Shown: positions 49,284 through 63,858, counted from the stretch's first letter. The stretch: 64,000 bases of DNA from Octopus sinensis (GCF_006345805.1 NC_043025.1:16306001-16370000); one strand, 5' to 3'. Numbers and translations are program-made. Notes: generated by a model from the letters alone, not told the origin.

Positions 49284-49636
49284 CTATCTTTTATTTTTAA
49301 CAAGATCATGGCCTAAAATATGAACATCCCCACCCCAGACATATTCGGGGCTTTGTGGTTCCATTCGGGTTTTTCTTCCTCACTTGAACACATCCATTCC
49401 AACTGCTTGAATCTCTCGATGTCATCATTTACCTTGAAGCGAAATTGAAATGTAAATCCCCGAACTTCGATGCACGCTGTGCTACCTGAAGAGGCTTCTT
49501 TAGGCTGTGTGTGCATCTGGTGTCATTACATTGTTCCACGCCCTCAACGGTGCCGTGCAGCAGGAAGACGAAACAATTGTTGTGACAATAAATTGCTTTT
49601 CGTTACGCTCCGTCTTCTCTATTCATCTTTAATTTA

Positions 49637-49674
<38 letters not shown>

Positions 49675-49939
49675 TGATGTATGTGTCTGTGTGTACTTTA
49701 CTGATGAATATGAGTATGTTTATACATATACATACAGACAGACGGACAGAGGACAGACGGACAGACGGACAGATTACAAAGAATGTTTATTATGGTCATT
49801 CCACCGTGTCAATAGGCGTGATAACACTAAAGTAAATGACGAAGATGATGATGAGGTGGCAGTGGAGGAGGAGGAGGAGGAGGAGAAGGGAGAGCATAAT
49901 CACCAACGCTCCCCCCCCATCGTCACCTCAACTACCACC

Positions 49940-50074
49940 ACCGTATCATCGTCATCATCATCGTTGTCATGATCAGCATCGCCGTCATCATCATCATCGT
50001 CATCATTGTCATCATCATCGTCATCATTGTCATCATCGTCATCATTGTCATCATTGTCGTCATCATCATCGTCG

Positions 50075-50106
<32 letters not shown>

Positions 50107-50215
50107 GTTGTCATCATCATCGCCGTCATCATCATCATCGTCATCATTGTCATCATCATCGTCATCATTGTCGTCATCGTTCATCATTGTCATCATTGTC
50201 GTCATCATCATCGCG

Positions 50216-50247
<32 letters not shown>

Positions 50248-50565
50248 GTTGCATCATCATCGCGTCCATCATCATCGTCGTCGTCGTCATCATTGTCATC
50301 ATTGTCGTCATCATCATCATCATCATCATCATCATCGTCATCATTGTCATCATCGTCATCATCATCATCGTCATCATCATCATCGTCGTCATCATCATCG
50401 TCGTCATCATCATCATCATCATCATCATCATCGTCATCATTGTCATCATCGTCATCATCATCATCATCATCGTCATCATCATCGTCGTCATCATCAACAT
50501 CGTCATCATCATCATCGTCGTCGTCATCATCGTCGTCATCATCTTCGTCGTCGTCGTCATCAACT
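49940..50565. repeat. Long (CAT/CGT/TGT)n trinucleotide tract
   Basis: ~620 bp of triplet repeat. Confidence 0.95.
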
Positions 50566-51744
50566 TCAATGTAGTTAATTAGGAAATCTGTGCAGCTTGC
50601 ATTGTTGTTGTACACATACTCGTTCAGTGTCACACCCTCTTACACACACACACACACACACACGTACCTAAACACACCTGCGCACGCATGCATCCACACG
50701 CATACATATACATTCGCACACATATAGACATGCATACACATACATTCACACACACACATACCTCTTCACTCTCACATCTTCTCACATATACACGTATGCG
50801 CACACACATACATCCACACACATCCACACACACACACACACACACACACCCTCACACACACACACACACACACGCACGCGCGCGCACACCCATCTACATA
50901 CAAACCCACACCTACCAAATCTCGATTCGTGAAAAGATTAAGCTTGCTAGAAAGATGATCCGCGTAATTCCATGGAGTTTTCCAAATTGGATTTTCGGTC
51001 AACACAACACAAGAATACCTTGGTTACACTGGAATGAGGTGGCACCCTTGTTAAGCCGAAGCTTAAGACGACATGGAAGCCACGCCTGGGTGGGCACTCT
51101 GGAAAAAAGTCAACCACGGCATCAAATGTTGCCTAGACAAACATATATTTATATATACATACGTATATATATATAATCTATACAAAAATTATATATACAT
51201 TTATATACATGCGTACATCTCTCTCTCTCTCTCTCTCATAAAATATTTAATAACAATTTCACTCAATTCCATGTGACTTAAAGTTTCGTTGGCCCACAGC
51301 ACGCGGACATCTCGCCTGAAATCAGGAGAATACACACATACACAAATATATATATATATATACATATACACTTATACATACATATCTATCTATTTATCTG
51401 TATGTATGTATATATGTCTGTGGGTGCCATGTTGTTGTATATACAGTTGAGATAGTGAGAACTCAATATTGCGTTGCAGAGCACAAATTTTTATACACAG
51501 TCTTCAGATGTGTTAAAGAATTGACTATATAAAATTTCTTGGGTTTATATCCCGAACGTCGGGTGAAGAAGGATATCAAAGAACCACAGCGACTCCGTTG
51601 ACGTCTGAATATAAACAGTCTACACACAAACAATACATAGAAACGTATATTTGCATGTACATACACACACACGAATATAGTTGCTTGTGCTGGCTGTAAG
51701 TATCTACATAAATATACACCTATATCATACTTAGTATTACAGTT

Positions 51745-51800
51745 GGTCTATCTATCTATCTAGCATTCTGTCTATCTATCTATCTATCTATCCTTCTGTC

Positions 51801-51831
<31 letters not shown>

Positions 51832-51926
51832 CTGTCTATCTATCTATTATCTATCTATCTATCAATTTGTCTATCTATCTATCTATTTATCTATCTATCT
51901 ATCTGTTTGTTTGTCTGTCTATCTAC

Positions 51927-51981
<55 letters not shown>

Positions 51982-52001
51982 CCTATCTATCTATCTATCT
52001 A

Positions 52002-52041
<40 letters not shown>

Positions 52042-52065
52042 TTATCTATCTATCTATCTACCTAC

Positions 52066-52123
<58 letters not shown>

Positions 52124-52150
52124 ATCTATCTATCTATCTATCTATCTATA

Positions 52151-52187
<37 letters not shown>

Positions 52188-52228
52188 CTTTTTCTGTCTG
52201 TCTATCTCTCTCTCTCTCTCTCTCTCTC

Positions 52229-52260
<32 letters not shown>
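51745..52260. repeat. (TATC)n tract followed by (TC)n and (TA)n
   Basis: Direct observation. Confidence 0.95.
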
Positions 52261-52261
<1 letters not shown>

Positions 52262-53149
52262 ATATGTTCAGCACTCATGCCAACCCAAACACCTTTTCAT
52301 ACAGTTACACAAAATTATTAATTAATTTCTTGTATTAATTAATTTCTTGTACTAATTACCGATGTTTTCATCCCGCTTTTTCTTCCTTCTGGAATTATTT
52401 AGATTTCAAAGAATTTTGTTGGAGGAAAAAGAAACTTTTAGTCTCTGAAGACGGAAGCAACTCATCTGTGCCAGATCTGTTGCGCATACATTTCTACCAC
52501 ATTTGCTTCCAGCACAACTCCAACACCAGAAACACATCTGGGATTTTTATGTACCCATATAACCATTGACGTTTTAAATCCGTAGCCCCTAAATTAGTCA
52601 TTATAAATGACAGGACACTTGTTGAATCTTTTTTTATTCAGGATCTAAACAAAATAGAAACACCGTTGTTTGGAAATCTGAGGAAGAATTCCAACATCTG
52701 TCTCGGATATCTGTATCACATCTTTACCGCCTCTCAAAGATTTATGCATCAGTATAATCATCGACGTTTAATACAGCGCCCTCTAGTTAGTTTTTGTAAA
52801 TCTCAGTATTTGCTGATTTCTTAATTTCTAAACAAAAAGAATCTGTTGGAAATCTCAATAGAAAAGTTCAACGTCTCTGCCACATCTGTGATCGGTATGC
52901 AATGTTTTAAGTTTCTATATTTCACATCTGTGCCATTAATCTGTTTTTAAAAACGTTTGTTGATATTTTTAGCAATTTCTAAACAAACAATAGTCATCTT
53001 GGAAAATTAAACAAAAATTCCATATCCTTTTCAAATCTTCTCACAGCCTTTCCAAATCTTCCCATATCTTTTTCGAATCTATTCCACATCGTTTTTAAAT
53101 CTTCTCACACCTTTTGCAAATATATCCTATATCATTTATCAAATATTTT

Positions 53150-53563
53150 ACTCTTTTACTCTTTTACTTGTTTCAATCATTTGACTGCGGCCATGCTGGA
53201 GCACCGCCTTTAATCGAGCAACTCGATCCCGGGACTTATTCTTTTGTAAGCCTAGTACTTATTCTATCGGTCTCTTTTGCCGAACCGCTAAGTAACGGGG
53301 ACATAAACACACCAGCATCGGTTGTCAAGCAATGCTAGGGGGACAAACACAGACACACAAACACATACACACATATATATATATATATATATACGACAGG
53401 CTTCTTTCAGTTTCCGTCTACCAAATCCACTGACAAGGCTTTGGTCGGCCCGAGGCTATAGTAGAAGACACTTGCCCAAGGTGCCACGCAGTGGGACTGG
53501 ACCCGGAACCCGGAACCATGTGGTCGGTAAACAAGCTACTTACCACACAGCCACTCCTGCGCC
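53150..53563 (-). mobile_element. SINE family A, full length
   Basis: Close match to 6045-6433. Confidence 0.88.
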
Positions 53564-55091
53564 TATTTCCACATTTTTAATCAAAATTTTGACGTCTTTT
53601 TTTCAAATATTCTCACATCTTTTTTCAAACCTATTTTCCCTTATTTTCAAAGCTACTCCTCATTTTTTCAAATCTGTCCCCTTATCTTTTTTTCGAATCT
53701 GTCCCCTTATCTTTTTTTCGAATCTTACCACAAGTTCTCAAACCTTTCCACATCTTTTTTCGAATCTCTTCAAATTTATTCTCACGTCTTTCTTCAGATT
53801 TACCAAATATATTTTTCAAATCTATTTTCTTCACACAATTTTTAGAATCTGTACCACAACTTTTTCTAATTTCCCGTATCTTTTTCAAAATTTTCAACAT
53901 CTTCTTAAAATACCTATTTTTTTCAAATCCAGTGTGCGTACATCCGTTCCAGATCAATCGATCCTTACGTGCCCCTTGAATGTTGTACCAAATGTTACAC
54001 ATATCCTCTCATCTATCACGCATCTTTTAAACATCTGTTTTACAACTGCTATTCATTTGTTCTTCTTTTGATCTATGTCTATTTGTAATCTGGATTAATT
54101 TCTAAGGAAATTCGGGTTATTTCTACACATCTAATATTCGCCTGCTACCTAATTTCTACATGTCTGCTGCACAACTGCTATTCATCTGTTCCATGGCTGT
54201 TTCGTCTGTTTTTAGCTTATATCATTTAGGTTTTTTTCTAAAAAGTGTCTACAGCATCTGTCAATTTTGAATCCCGAACCGAACGAAGAGTTGCATAAGG
54301 TCTGCTCACCTAAATTCGGTTTATGATTCTATTATGTTTTCTTTTTCCTGCTTCTATTCCACATCTGTTTCATGTATATTTTGACTTTGTATTATTTGGA
54401 ACTTGCTATAATATATCTCCATTGAAAATGATAATTTTGAAGCCTGAACGCATTCTGTCTTCGATCACATTGTTTATATATACGTATTCGTATATGGAAC
54501 GCCGTAACTTACAGTGCTGGCTCTGAATTCTGTAGATTGGCTGTTTAAGCAATGTGTTCCTGATGAAAGAGCAATAACTCTTGAAATATGCATATACACC
54601 AATTACCTGTTTTCAATCGTCGATCGCATTGTTTAATGTTTACGTTGCTGACAATTTTGAAGCCTGAGCACATCTCTTACTTCCCTGCTACACGCTTATT
54701 CCTCATCTCTTACACACTCATTTTCAGTTTATATCATTTAAGCTTTTCCTGTCTATTTTGAATCTCGAACCATATCCTTCACACACTTGATACATATATA
54801 TCCATCTATAATACACCTATTTCATGTTTTCCCTACATCTCTTGTTCTATACATGTCCCACGTCTGTACCATATTCATTTTTAAGTTGTATTATTTGGTC
54901 TTACTATGAAATATTTCTATGGAAACTAACAGTTCTGAAATTTAAACAAAACCTGATACACGTCTTCCGCTCTCCTACTACACATCTCTTGCATGTCTGT
55001 TCTTAATTTGAATTATTTTTATGAAATATTTATTTGGAAATTAACTTGGAATTTTTAATCAAAAGTTGCTCGTCAATCACACACTTTCACG

Positions 55092-55122
<31 letters not shown>

Positions 55123-56877
55123 TACAAACCTTCCGCAAGTGTTTCACATCTGTTCCACATCTGTTCAAAGACTAGTTATTTTTTGTGTAGCATCTCAAGC
55201 CCTATCATCATTTTCGAGTCGGCTTCTTTCCTTCTAAGGTAAGTCCATTCCTTTGGGAATCGTAAAAGCTGAAAACTATATCTGAAGTACGTCTGCAGTA
55301 CGCCTGTTTTTAATTTGGATTAATTAGACTTGTAAGAAAATATTTCTTTGAAAGCTGTTAAATTTGGATCTCAAGTCAAATCTTAAATCTTGACCAATGA
55401 TTAACATATCTGCTGCACATCTGTTCCGCGTCGGTTCACACACTATTTACTTTTTGTGTTGGATCCCAAGTCCTAACTTTACCATTTTTGAACCGGCTTC
55501 TTTTCTCCTAAAGAAACCCTGTTTCTTTGGGAATAATGAAACAAAAATCAAAACCATATCCATCCTACATCTGTTTGTAATTTGGATTAATTGGACTCGC
55601 TTTAAAGTATTCCTATAAAAACATAATTTTTTATCTCAGATCGAATCTTAAATTTTAACCAAAAAATTTTAACATTTGTGGCACATCTGTTCTATGTCTG
55701 CTCCACATCTGTTCAGGCACTATTTTACTTACTGTGTTGCATCCTAAGCCCCCCCCCCCGGCCGCTTTTTGGGTTGTCGGTTTCTTTCTAGAGAAATCCT
55801 GTTACATTGGAAATCAAGAAACAAAAGCTAAAACCACATCTGCCTTACATCTGTTTGTAATTTGGACTAACTGGACTCGTTTTAAAATATTACCGTGAAA
55901 GCCTAATTTTGAATCTCAGATCAAATCTTTGATCAAAAATTTACATATCAACTCCACGTCTGTTTCATATCTGTTTCACGTCTGTTCTACGTCATTTCCA
56001 CATATGTTCAACATCTGTTCAACATCTGTTCTGCATCTGTTCAACATCTGTTCGACGACCGTTCTACATCTGTTCCACGTCTTTCTGCATCTCTTCCACG
56101 TTTGTTCTACATCTATTCAGACACTTTCCGTGTTGCCTCTCGGGTTTTTTTTCTGAAGGAGACCATTACTTTGGGAACCCTAAAACCAAAACCAAAACCA
56201 CTTCTTAACTCACATCTTTGAAACCTCATTTTAACACACAGCTATAACCTGCTGCCACTGCTGCCTGAATCATATACAAATCGTATACTACCACCTAAAC
56301 TACAAACCAAGTATCAGATGTGGTGGATTGTACTACTGCCAACACATTAACTATCATCCTTGTAGCGATAGGCTAAATTTGTACCACGACTTAATCTATA
56401 TTCTCTACGTGTTTTGTACCGCGTTAACTACTACCCGTACACTAACTTCCTTTTCATTCATTGAAGTATACCACAGCTTATACCGGTACTTTCAGATGTA
56501 TATGCTGCTGCCTATACACTATTTTTCCCTCCACGATAAGTTGAACTGCTTTGTATAGAAATATACTACAACCTAAGCTGTAACCTGAATTAGTCGCTTT
56601 GCTACCTTCTGGGCTTTTATGTGAATGTACTGTCACCTATACGTTAAGAACTACTCTGCACCACTGCCTCTACTTTGTTATAATGCCTACTGCTACTGTC
56701 ACTACAACCACCACTATTTCCATAAAGACTACTACTACCACCGCCACCACTACTATTACTTCAACCACTACTAACTACTACTATCACCACCATCATCACC
56801 ACAACAACAACTACCACGACAGCTACTACTACCGCTATCACCACTACTAATACCACCACTATGACCGCTACCTCCAT

Positions 56878-56911
<34 letters not shown>

Positions 56912-57176
56912 GCTACTGCTGCTGCTTCTACTGCTGCTACTGTTGCTTCTACTGCTGCTGCTATTACAGCTGCTACTACCACAACCATTACTACTACTAT
57001 CACCAACACCACTACTGTTGCTGCTGCTACTACTATAACTAATAATAATAATATTGTTGCTGCTGCCACTGTTACCACTACTGCTACTATAACTACACTT
57101 GTTGTTGTAGCTTCTCCTGCTACTACTACTACTACTACTACCCAAACTACAGCATCGGTGAGACACTAAAGTCAGG

Positions 57177-57230
57177 ATGGAACAGGAAACAGTGAAAAGC
57201 GAACAGAAAATACAGTATGGGACATTGTTG
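57177..57230 (+). CDS. Probable first coding exon of the TRPC gene
   Basis: Acceptor at 57152, upstream in-frame TGA, AGGATGG start context, MEQETVKSEQKIQYGTLL|GTGAGT, phase 0. Confidence 0.55.
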
Positions 57231-58360
57231 GTGAGTGGTGTTTAATGTCTTTTGTTTTATATGGGAGGATTTATCCCATGACATACTCTGGCCTATTCAT
57301 ACACATATATCTGCCCATCCTTTCATCCACCCTTCCATTTTTTCCACCCGTTATCCGTGGGTGGGTCATAGGGTAGAGACCTCAGCTATCTCCGCTACAA
57401 GGGCCTATTAGAAACAACCCTCATTAAACTTTCTAGCTTGATTCTCAAGCGTGTCGTTCCTGGTCTACCCCCAGGTCTCCTACAGGTCTACCCCCAGGTC
57501 TACCCCCAGGTCTGCTTGACTCGAAGAATTCATCTTATGATTGGTTCTTACGACATTAAAATCGCATCTTCATACAACGAAAGCTGTGACCTCTCAGTGT
57601 AGAGAAGTAGGGGGTCGACCTGGAGAGACTCCCCGAGATTATCGATTATTATCCAACCACTAAGTTCTTCGCCTAACCCTCGCCTAACGCCTAACCTTGG
57701 CTTGGTTTGAGAAACCACCGTATGAATCTTTCCTGTGATATTCTAATCACATGTTCAAAGTCAAAGCTTGACCTGGAGAGACTTCCTAAGACTATAGATA
57801 TTACCCAACCGTTCTGTTCGTGGCCTACTCCTACGACTGCTGCCGGTTCGCTCGACTTGAAGAATCCGTTTTGCGATTTTTTCCTGCGGCCGTCTCATCA
57901 CATCTCCATAGTATTGAAGCTGTGACCTCTCAGTGCCAAAAAGTAGCAGCTTTACCTGATTTTATGGATATTATTCAATCATTTCGTACTGGGTTTATAT
58001 TTCGGGCTCCCGCTTGTCGATTCCATCTGAAGAATTTATCAGGCAATTCTTTCCAGCGATATTTTAATCACATGTCTATAGCACCAGAGCAGTGACCTTT
58101 TAATGCTGAGAAGAAGAGGCTTGACTTTGGTCTACTGTTAAGTTTTCTGACCCTTGGCTTCGCTTGAAGAATCCATCTTGCGATTGTTTCCAGTGGCATT
58201 CTTGACGACATATCCTTAGTATACCAGGCGAGTAGCAGATTGACCCACAGATACTCCCTATTCTCAGAGCTATGAACCCTGTCAAGTAACATTGCTCCAG
58301 AGGTCCTTTGGGGGAACCCCATTTTGGTCACTTGCATTAATGACTTGATTTGGTCATCAT

Positions 58361-58398
<38 letters not shown>

Positions 58399-59064
58399 CA
58401 AAATGGGACAAGAACGCAATATATGAAATTCGTTTGGGTAACGTTAGGAGTATGCAAATAGATATCTACACACACATTTATATCATATATCACGTGATTA
58501 CATGATCAACCAGACAATCAGATGTTGTCGTACATCACTGGTCACAATGCGTTCATTTGACACAAACCCTTCTCTGGCTAGGCGAGCAGGCCAACATTTC
58601 CCCGTGATAGAAAGGGGGACTGGAGTAATGTGACGTGAAGTGTGTTGCTCAAGAACACGACGCGCTGCCCGGCTTGCGAATCGAACCCGCGATTTAGCGA
58701 TCGAAAATGCAACAGTGTAACCACTAGGCCACGCGTCTTCACATATAAATATATTACATTTATATGCATACATACATACATACATACATGCATACATACA
58801 TGCATGTATACATACATACATACACACATACATACATACATGCATACATACATACATACATGTATGCATACCTACATACATACATACATATATATACATG
58901 CATACATACATGCATACATACATGCATGTATACATACATACATACATACATACATACATGCATGTATACATACATACATATATACATACATACATACATA
59001 CATGCATACATACATATATACATGCATACATACATGCATACATACATACATACATACATATATA

Positions 59065-59098
<34 letters not shown>

Positions 59099-59212
59099 CA
59101 TACATACATACATATATACATACATGCATACATACATATATACATGCATACATACATGCATACATACATACATACATATATACATAACACACGCACACAC
59201 ACACACACATAC

Positions 59213-59259
<47 letters not shown>

Positions 59260-59298
59260 TATATACACGTACGAATATATATTGTCTTTGTCTTCCAG

Positions 59299-59379
59299 GC
59301 GAATTTGATGTACAGCCAAAGGAAATTCCGTAAATTTATCAAAGATATCAGCCACTATTCAGACGAATTCATCACAATG
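59299..59379 (+). CDS. TRPC N-terminal 81-nt exon, copy 1
   Basis: tcttccAG|ANLMYSQRKFRKFIKDISHYSDEFITM|GTAAGT, phase 0-0. Confidence 0.65.
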
Positions 59380-59679
59380 GTAAGTTCACATCATCTCATA
59401 CATACATACATACTAAAATACATACTAACATACATACATGCTTACATACATTCATACATACACATACATACATAGATACTTACATACATACACATACATA
59501 CATACACACATACATAGATACATACATACATACATACGTACGTACACACACACATACATTCATACACACATACATGCACACACACATACATACACATACA
59601 TACATACATACATACATACATACATGCATACATATATACATACATACATACACACATCATACATACATACATACATATA

Positions 59680-59713
<34 letters not shown>

Positions 59714-59916
59714 CATACATACATACATATATACATACATGCATACATACATATATACATGCATACATACATGCATACATACATACATACACATACATAC
59801 ATACACACACACATACATACACATACACATACATACATATATATATATATATATATTATATATATAATATATATAAGTATATACACGTACGAATATATAT
59901 TGTCTTTGTCTTCCAG

Positions 59917-59997
59917 GCGAATTTGATGTACAGCCAAAGGAAATTCCGTAAATTTATCAAAGATATCAGCCACTATTCAGACGAATTCATCACAATG
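59917..59997 (+). CDS. TRPC N-terminal 81-nt exon, copy 2 (identical)
   Basis: Identical exon and splice sites 618 bp downstream. Confidence 0.6.
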
Positions 59998-60860
59998 GTA
60001 AGTTCACATCATCTCATACATACATACATACATAAATATATACATACATACACATACATACATACCTACATACATACATACATACACATACATACATAGA
60101 TACTTACATACATACCCATACATACATACACATACATACATAGATACTTACATACATACACATACATACATACACACACACATACATTCATACACACATA
60201 CATGCACACACACACATACATACCACATACATACATACATACATACATACATACATGCATACATATATACATACATACATACACACATACATACATACAT
60301 ACATACATAAATATATACATACATACATAATCACACACAAATACATACATACACACAAATACATACATACATACACACACACATTCATACACACACACAC
60401 ACACATACAAACCTACATACAAACATACAAACATACATTCATACATACCTACATACATACATACACACACACATTCATACACACACACACACATACATAC
60501 ATACAAACATACATGCAAATATACATACATACACATACATACATACATACATACACACACATACATACATACACATACATAGATACATACATACATACAT
60601 ACGTACGTACACACACACATACATTCATACACACATACATACATACATACACATACATACTAACATACACATACATACATATACATACATACATACATAC
60701 ATACATACATACACACATAAACACATACATACATACCTACATACATACACACACATACATACATACATACATACATACATACACACATACACACATACAT
60801 ACATACATACATATATACATACATACATACATATATACATACATACATACATACATACAC

Positions 60861-60893
<33 letters not shown>

Positions 60894-61055
60894 CATACAT
60901 ACACACATACACACATACATACATACATACATATATACATACATACACACATACACACATACATACATACATACACACATTCTAGACTCCATATCCAAAC
61001 CACCATTGGAAGTGTAAAAATCTGTAAAACTTTCCAGTGTTTTATCATTTAAGTA

Positions 61056-62316
61056 CGAGGGGCGTTCAATAAGTAATGCCCCTGACCCACTTCCCATAGC
61101 AGTAGAGCAACGAAACTTGGCACAGTTATTAGTCTTTTTCTACATAGGAACCACCCAGAGTTACGCATTTCTCCCATCGTTTGATGCGGCTCTGGAGACC
61201 GTTTTTGTAGAAGAACCCAGCTTGGTCCTCCAACCTCAACGTGACTTCAGAAATCAAGGCTGTATCATCTGGGAAACGCTTTCCTTTCAAAAACAACTTC
61301 ATGATTGGGAAAAGGTGAAAATCAGAGGGTGCAGGTCAGGAGAGTAGGGAGAATGGGGGATGAGTTCATAGCCATACGCCTATGCTTCTGATCTGGCGAC
61401 AAGCGAGTTGTGGACCGGAGCGTTGTCCTGCAGGAGGAGGATGCCTTTGCTGATCTTGCCCCGTCTCTTGATTTTGATAACTTCTCTTAATTTCCTCAAA
61501 AGTGAAGCATAATAGGCTCCTGCAATTGTGGTACCCTTTGCCAGGAAATCTGTCATCACTACTCCGTCCTGGTCCCAGAAGACTGTGAGCATGACCTTGC
61601 CAGCGGAGGGCTGCATCCTTGCCTTCTTTGGAGGGGGTGAGTCACGGTGCTTCCACTGCATTGACCGGGCTTTGGTCTATGGATCATCGTGATGGACCCA
61701 GGTTTCATCCTGTGTAATCAGTCTTTTGAAAAATTTTGACTCATCTTCTTGGCACATCTCCAAATTCACCCTCGAGCACTCGACGCGTTCTTGCTTCTGG
61801 AAAGGCGTGAGCAACCTGGGAATCCATCTGGCAGACACCTTTTGCATATGCAAATGGTCATGAATGATAGTTTCCACAGACCCGGTACTAATCTTGACAT
61901 CATGGGCTATTTGGCGAATAATTATGCGTCGATCTTCCAAACTGGCAGCCTCAACTTGACGGACAGATGCCTCATCAATGGCAGAAGGGGGCGACCAGAT
62001 CTGGGAGCTGTTTCCACAGAGTTCCGACCATGTTTGAATTCACGATGCCAGCGTTTTACAAGGTCATATGATGGGGCATCATCAACATAAGTTACTTTCA
62101 TTTCATCAAAAGTCTCCCGTGGTGTGCGTCCTTTCAAATACAAAAACCGGATCACTGCTCGAAACTCAACAGGCTCCATTTAACACTTGACTCGGTTCAA
62201 ACACGTGTAAATCAGAAACCACAATTAATTCAGAGCTGTAATTTGCCACTTACTCTATAGAGCTAGATCAAACAACTGCAAGTGGGTCAGAGGCATTACT
62301 TATTGAACGTCCCTCG
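61056..62316 (-). mobile_element. Full-length mariner transposon with inactivated transposase, in a TRPC intron
   Basis: TA duplications at 61054-55 and 62317-18; ~36-bp TIRs CGAGGG.CGTTCAATAAGTAATGCC.CTGACCCACTT; WIPRLLT, DETWVH, QDNAPVH, YSPDLAPSD; one frameshift and stops at 61677 and 61380. Confidence 0.95.
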
Positions 62317-62717
62317 TATACATGAGTGTCTTGATATGCAATTATATGCATGAGAAGACATACATAAAACCTAACTTACAAATCTGCACGTATATATACA
62401 TACGTACGTACATACACACATGCATTCAAATACATACACACATACATATATGCATATATGTGCATGTATATGCGTATGTATATGTGTGTGCATGTGTGTA
62501 TAGGTGTTTGCGTATATGTGTGTGTCTTTGTTCCCCCACGGCTTCACAACCAGTGTTGGTTTGTTTACATCCCTGTAACTTAGTGGTTTGGCATAACATA
62601 TCGATAAACTATGTACCAGACTTGAAAGTGTAACTACTGGAGTTGATTTAATGACCAAAACCCTTGAAAGGGCCGCGCTGCTCGAACTTAGAACATCCTT
62701 CTCTTTCTTTTCGACAG

Positions 62718-62876
62718 CAAAATGATGACGTGATCGAATTCATTGAGAAATCCGAATTAGGGGATTATCCGGGGCTGGTCCGTCTTTTCGAAAGGAACCC
62801 AGATATTGACGTGAACAGCGTCGATGCCCTGGGGCGGAACGCCCTCACCCTTGCCATTAAGAACGAACATCTCGAG
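62718..62876 (+). CDS. TRPC: TRPC (canonical TRP) channel exon, ankyrin repeats
   Basis: cgacAG|QNDDVIEFIEKSELGDYPGLVRLFERNPDIDVNSVDALGRNALTLAIKNEHLE|GTACTG, phase 0-0. Confidence 0.9.
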
Positions 62877-62927
62877 GTACTGTATTATTGTCATCGTCGT
62901 CGTCGTCATCATCATCATCATCACCAC

Positions 62928-62981
<54 letters not shown>

Positions 62982-63182
62982 CTCCGGGCAAAATGCTTAG
63001 CGGTATTTCGTCCGTCCTTACGTTCCGAGTTCAAATTCCGCAGAGGTTGACTTTGCCTTTCATCCTTTCGGGGTCGAAAAATTAAGTACCAGTTGAACAC
63101 TGGGGTCTATGTGATCGATTTCCTCCCTCCCTCCCTCCAAATTTAAAGCCTTCTGTCTATACTAGAAAGGATTCTTCTTCTT

Positions 63183-63238
<56 letters not shown>

Positions 63239-63270
63239 TATTACCATTATTTCTGTTGATATTTTAACAG

Positions 63271-63768
63271 ATCGTCGAATTCTTGCTCGACCGCACAAAA
63301 CTGGAAGACATCCAACAGGCGGCCCTTCTAGCCATCAACCTCGGCCACGTGCAGGTAGCCCAGGGGATCTTGACACACAGACGCTATCTCCAAATGTGGA
63401 ACCAACGCAAAAAAATCGGTGCCGACGAATACGATTTTTACCAAATGTCTTCCGATTCGGGTCTCCACTTCTCCGAAGAAACAACCCCCATAATCCTTGC
63501 TGCCCAGAAAAACATGTTCAAGGTCGTGCAATTGTTATTAGATCGTGGCGAATTCATACATATCCCGCATAAATATAATTGCCAGTGTACAGAATGCTTG
63601 AATCGGGTGAAGTTTGACCATTTGAGGGCGGCCAAAATCCGGCTCAACAGCTACAAAGGTTTGGCCAGTGAAGCCTATATATCTCTGTCCAGTAAGGACC
63701 CGATTCTCAGAGCTTTTACTTTGTCTAAGGAACTTCGCCATATGGCAGACATGCAGAAATTTTTTAAA
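63271..63768 (+). CDS. TRPC: TRPC channel exon: ankyrin repeats and TRP_2 Zn-binding region; gene continues beyond the window
   Basis: taacAG|IVEFLL...FSEETTPIILAAQKN...PHKYNCQCTEC...RLNSYKGLASEAYISLSSKDPILRAFTLSKEL...FFK|GTAAGT. H-x3-C-x-C-x2-C and DPIL.AF.LS.EL are TRPC signatures. Confidence 0.93.
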
Positions 63769-63827
63769 GTAAGTCCGTTTCTGGTTTAGCACATAATCTC
63801 ACCATGACCACCACCACCACAACCACC

Positions 63828-63858
<31 letters not shown>

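Noticed and set aside
49836-50633. His-rich, Ser-rich, Asp-rich and Met-rich ORFs
   Set aside because: All frames are translations of a (CAT)n tract; no splice or codon evidence.
54555-54600. Hammerhead CTGATGA-AAGAG..CTCTT-GAAA-TATGCATATA
   Set aside because: Stem I does not pair; counted only as a decayed core.
56690-57169. Thr/Ala-rich ORF as a second mucin exon
   Set aside because: Degenerate (ACT/GCT)n tract without a clear acceptor or in-frame donor.
58498-61097. Long YIHT/MYVC ORFs here and in many other regions
   Set aside because: Microsatellite translations of (TACA)n, (TA)n and (CA)n.
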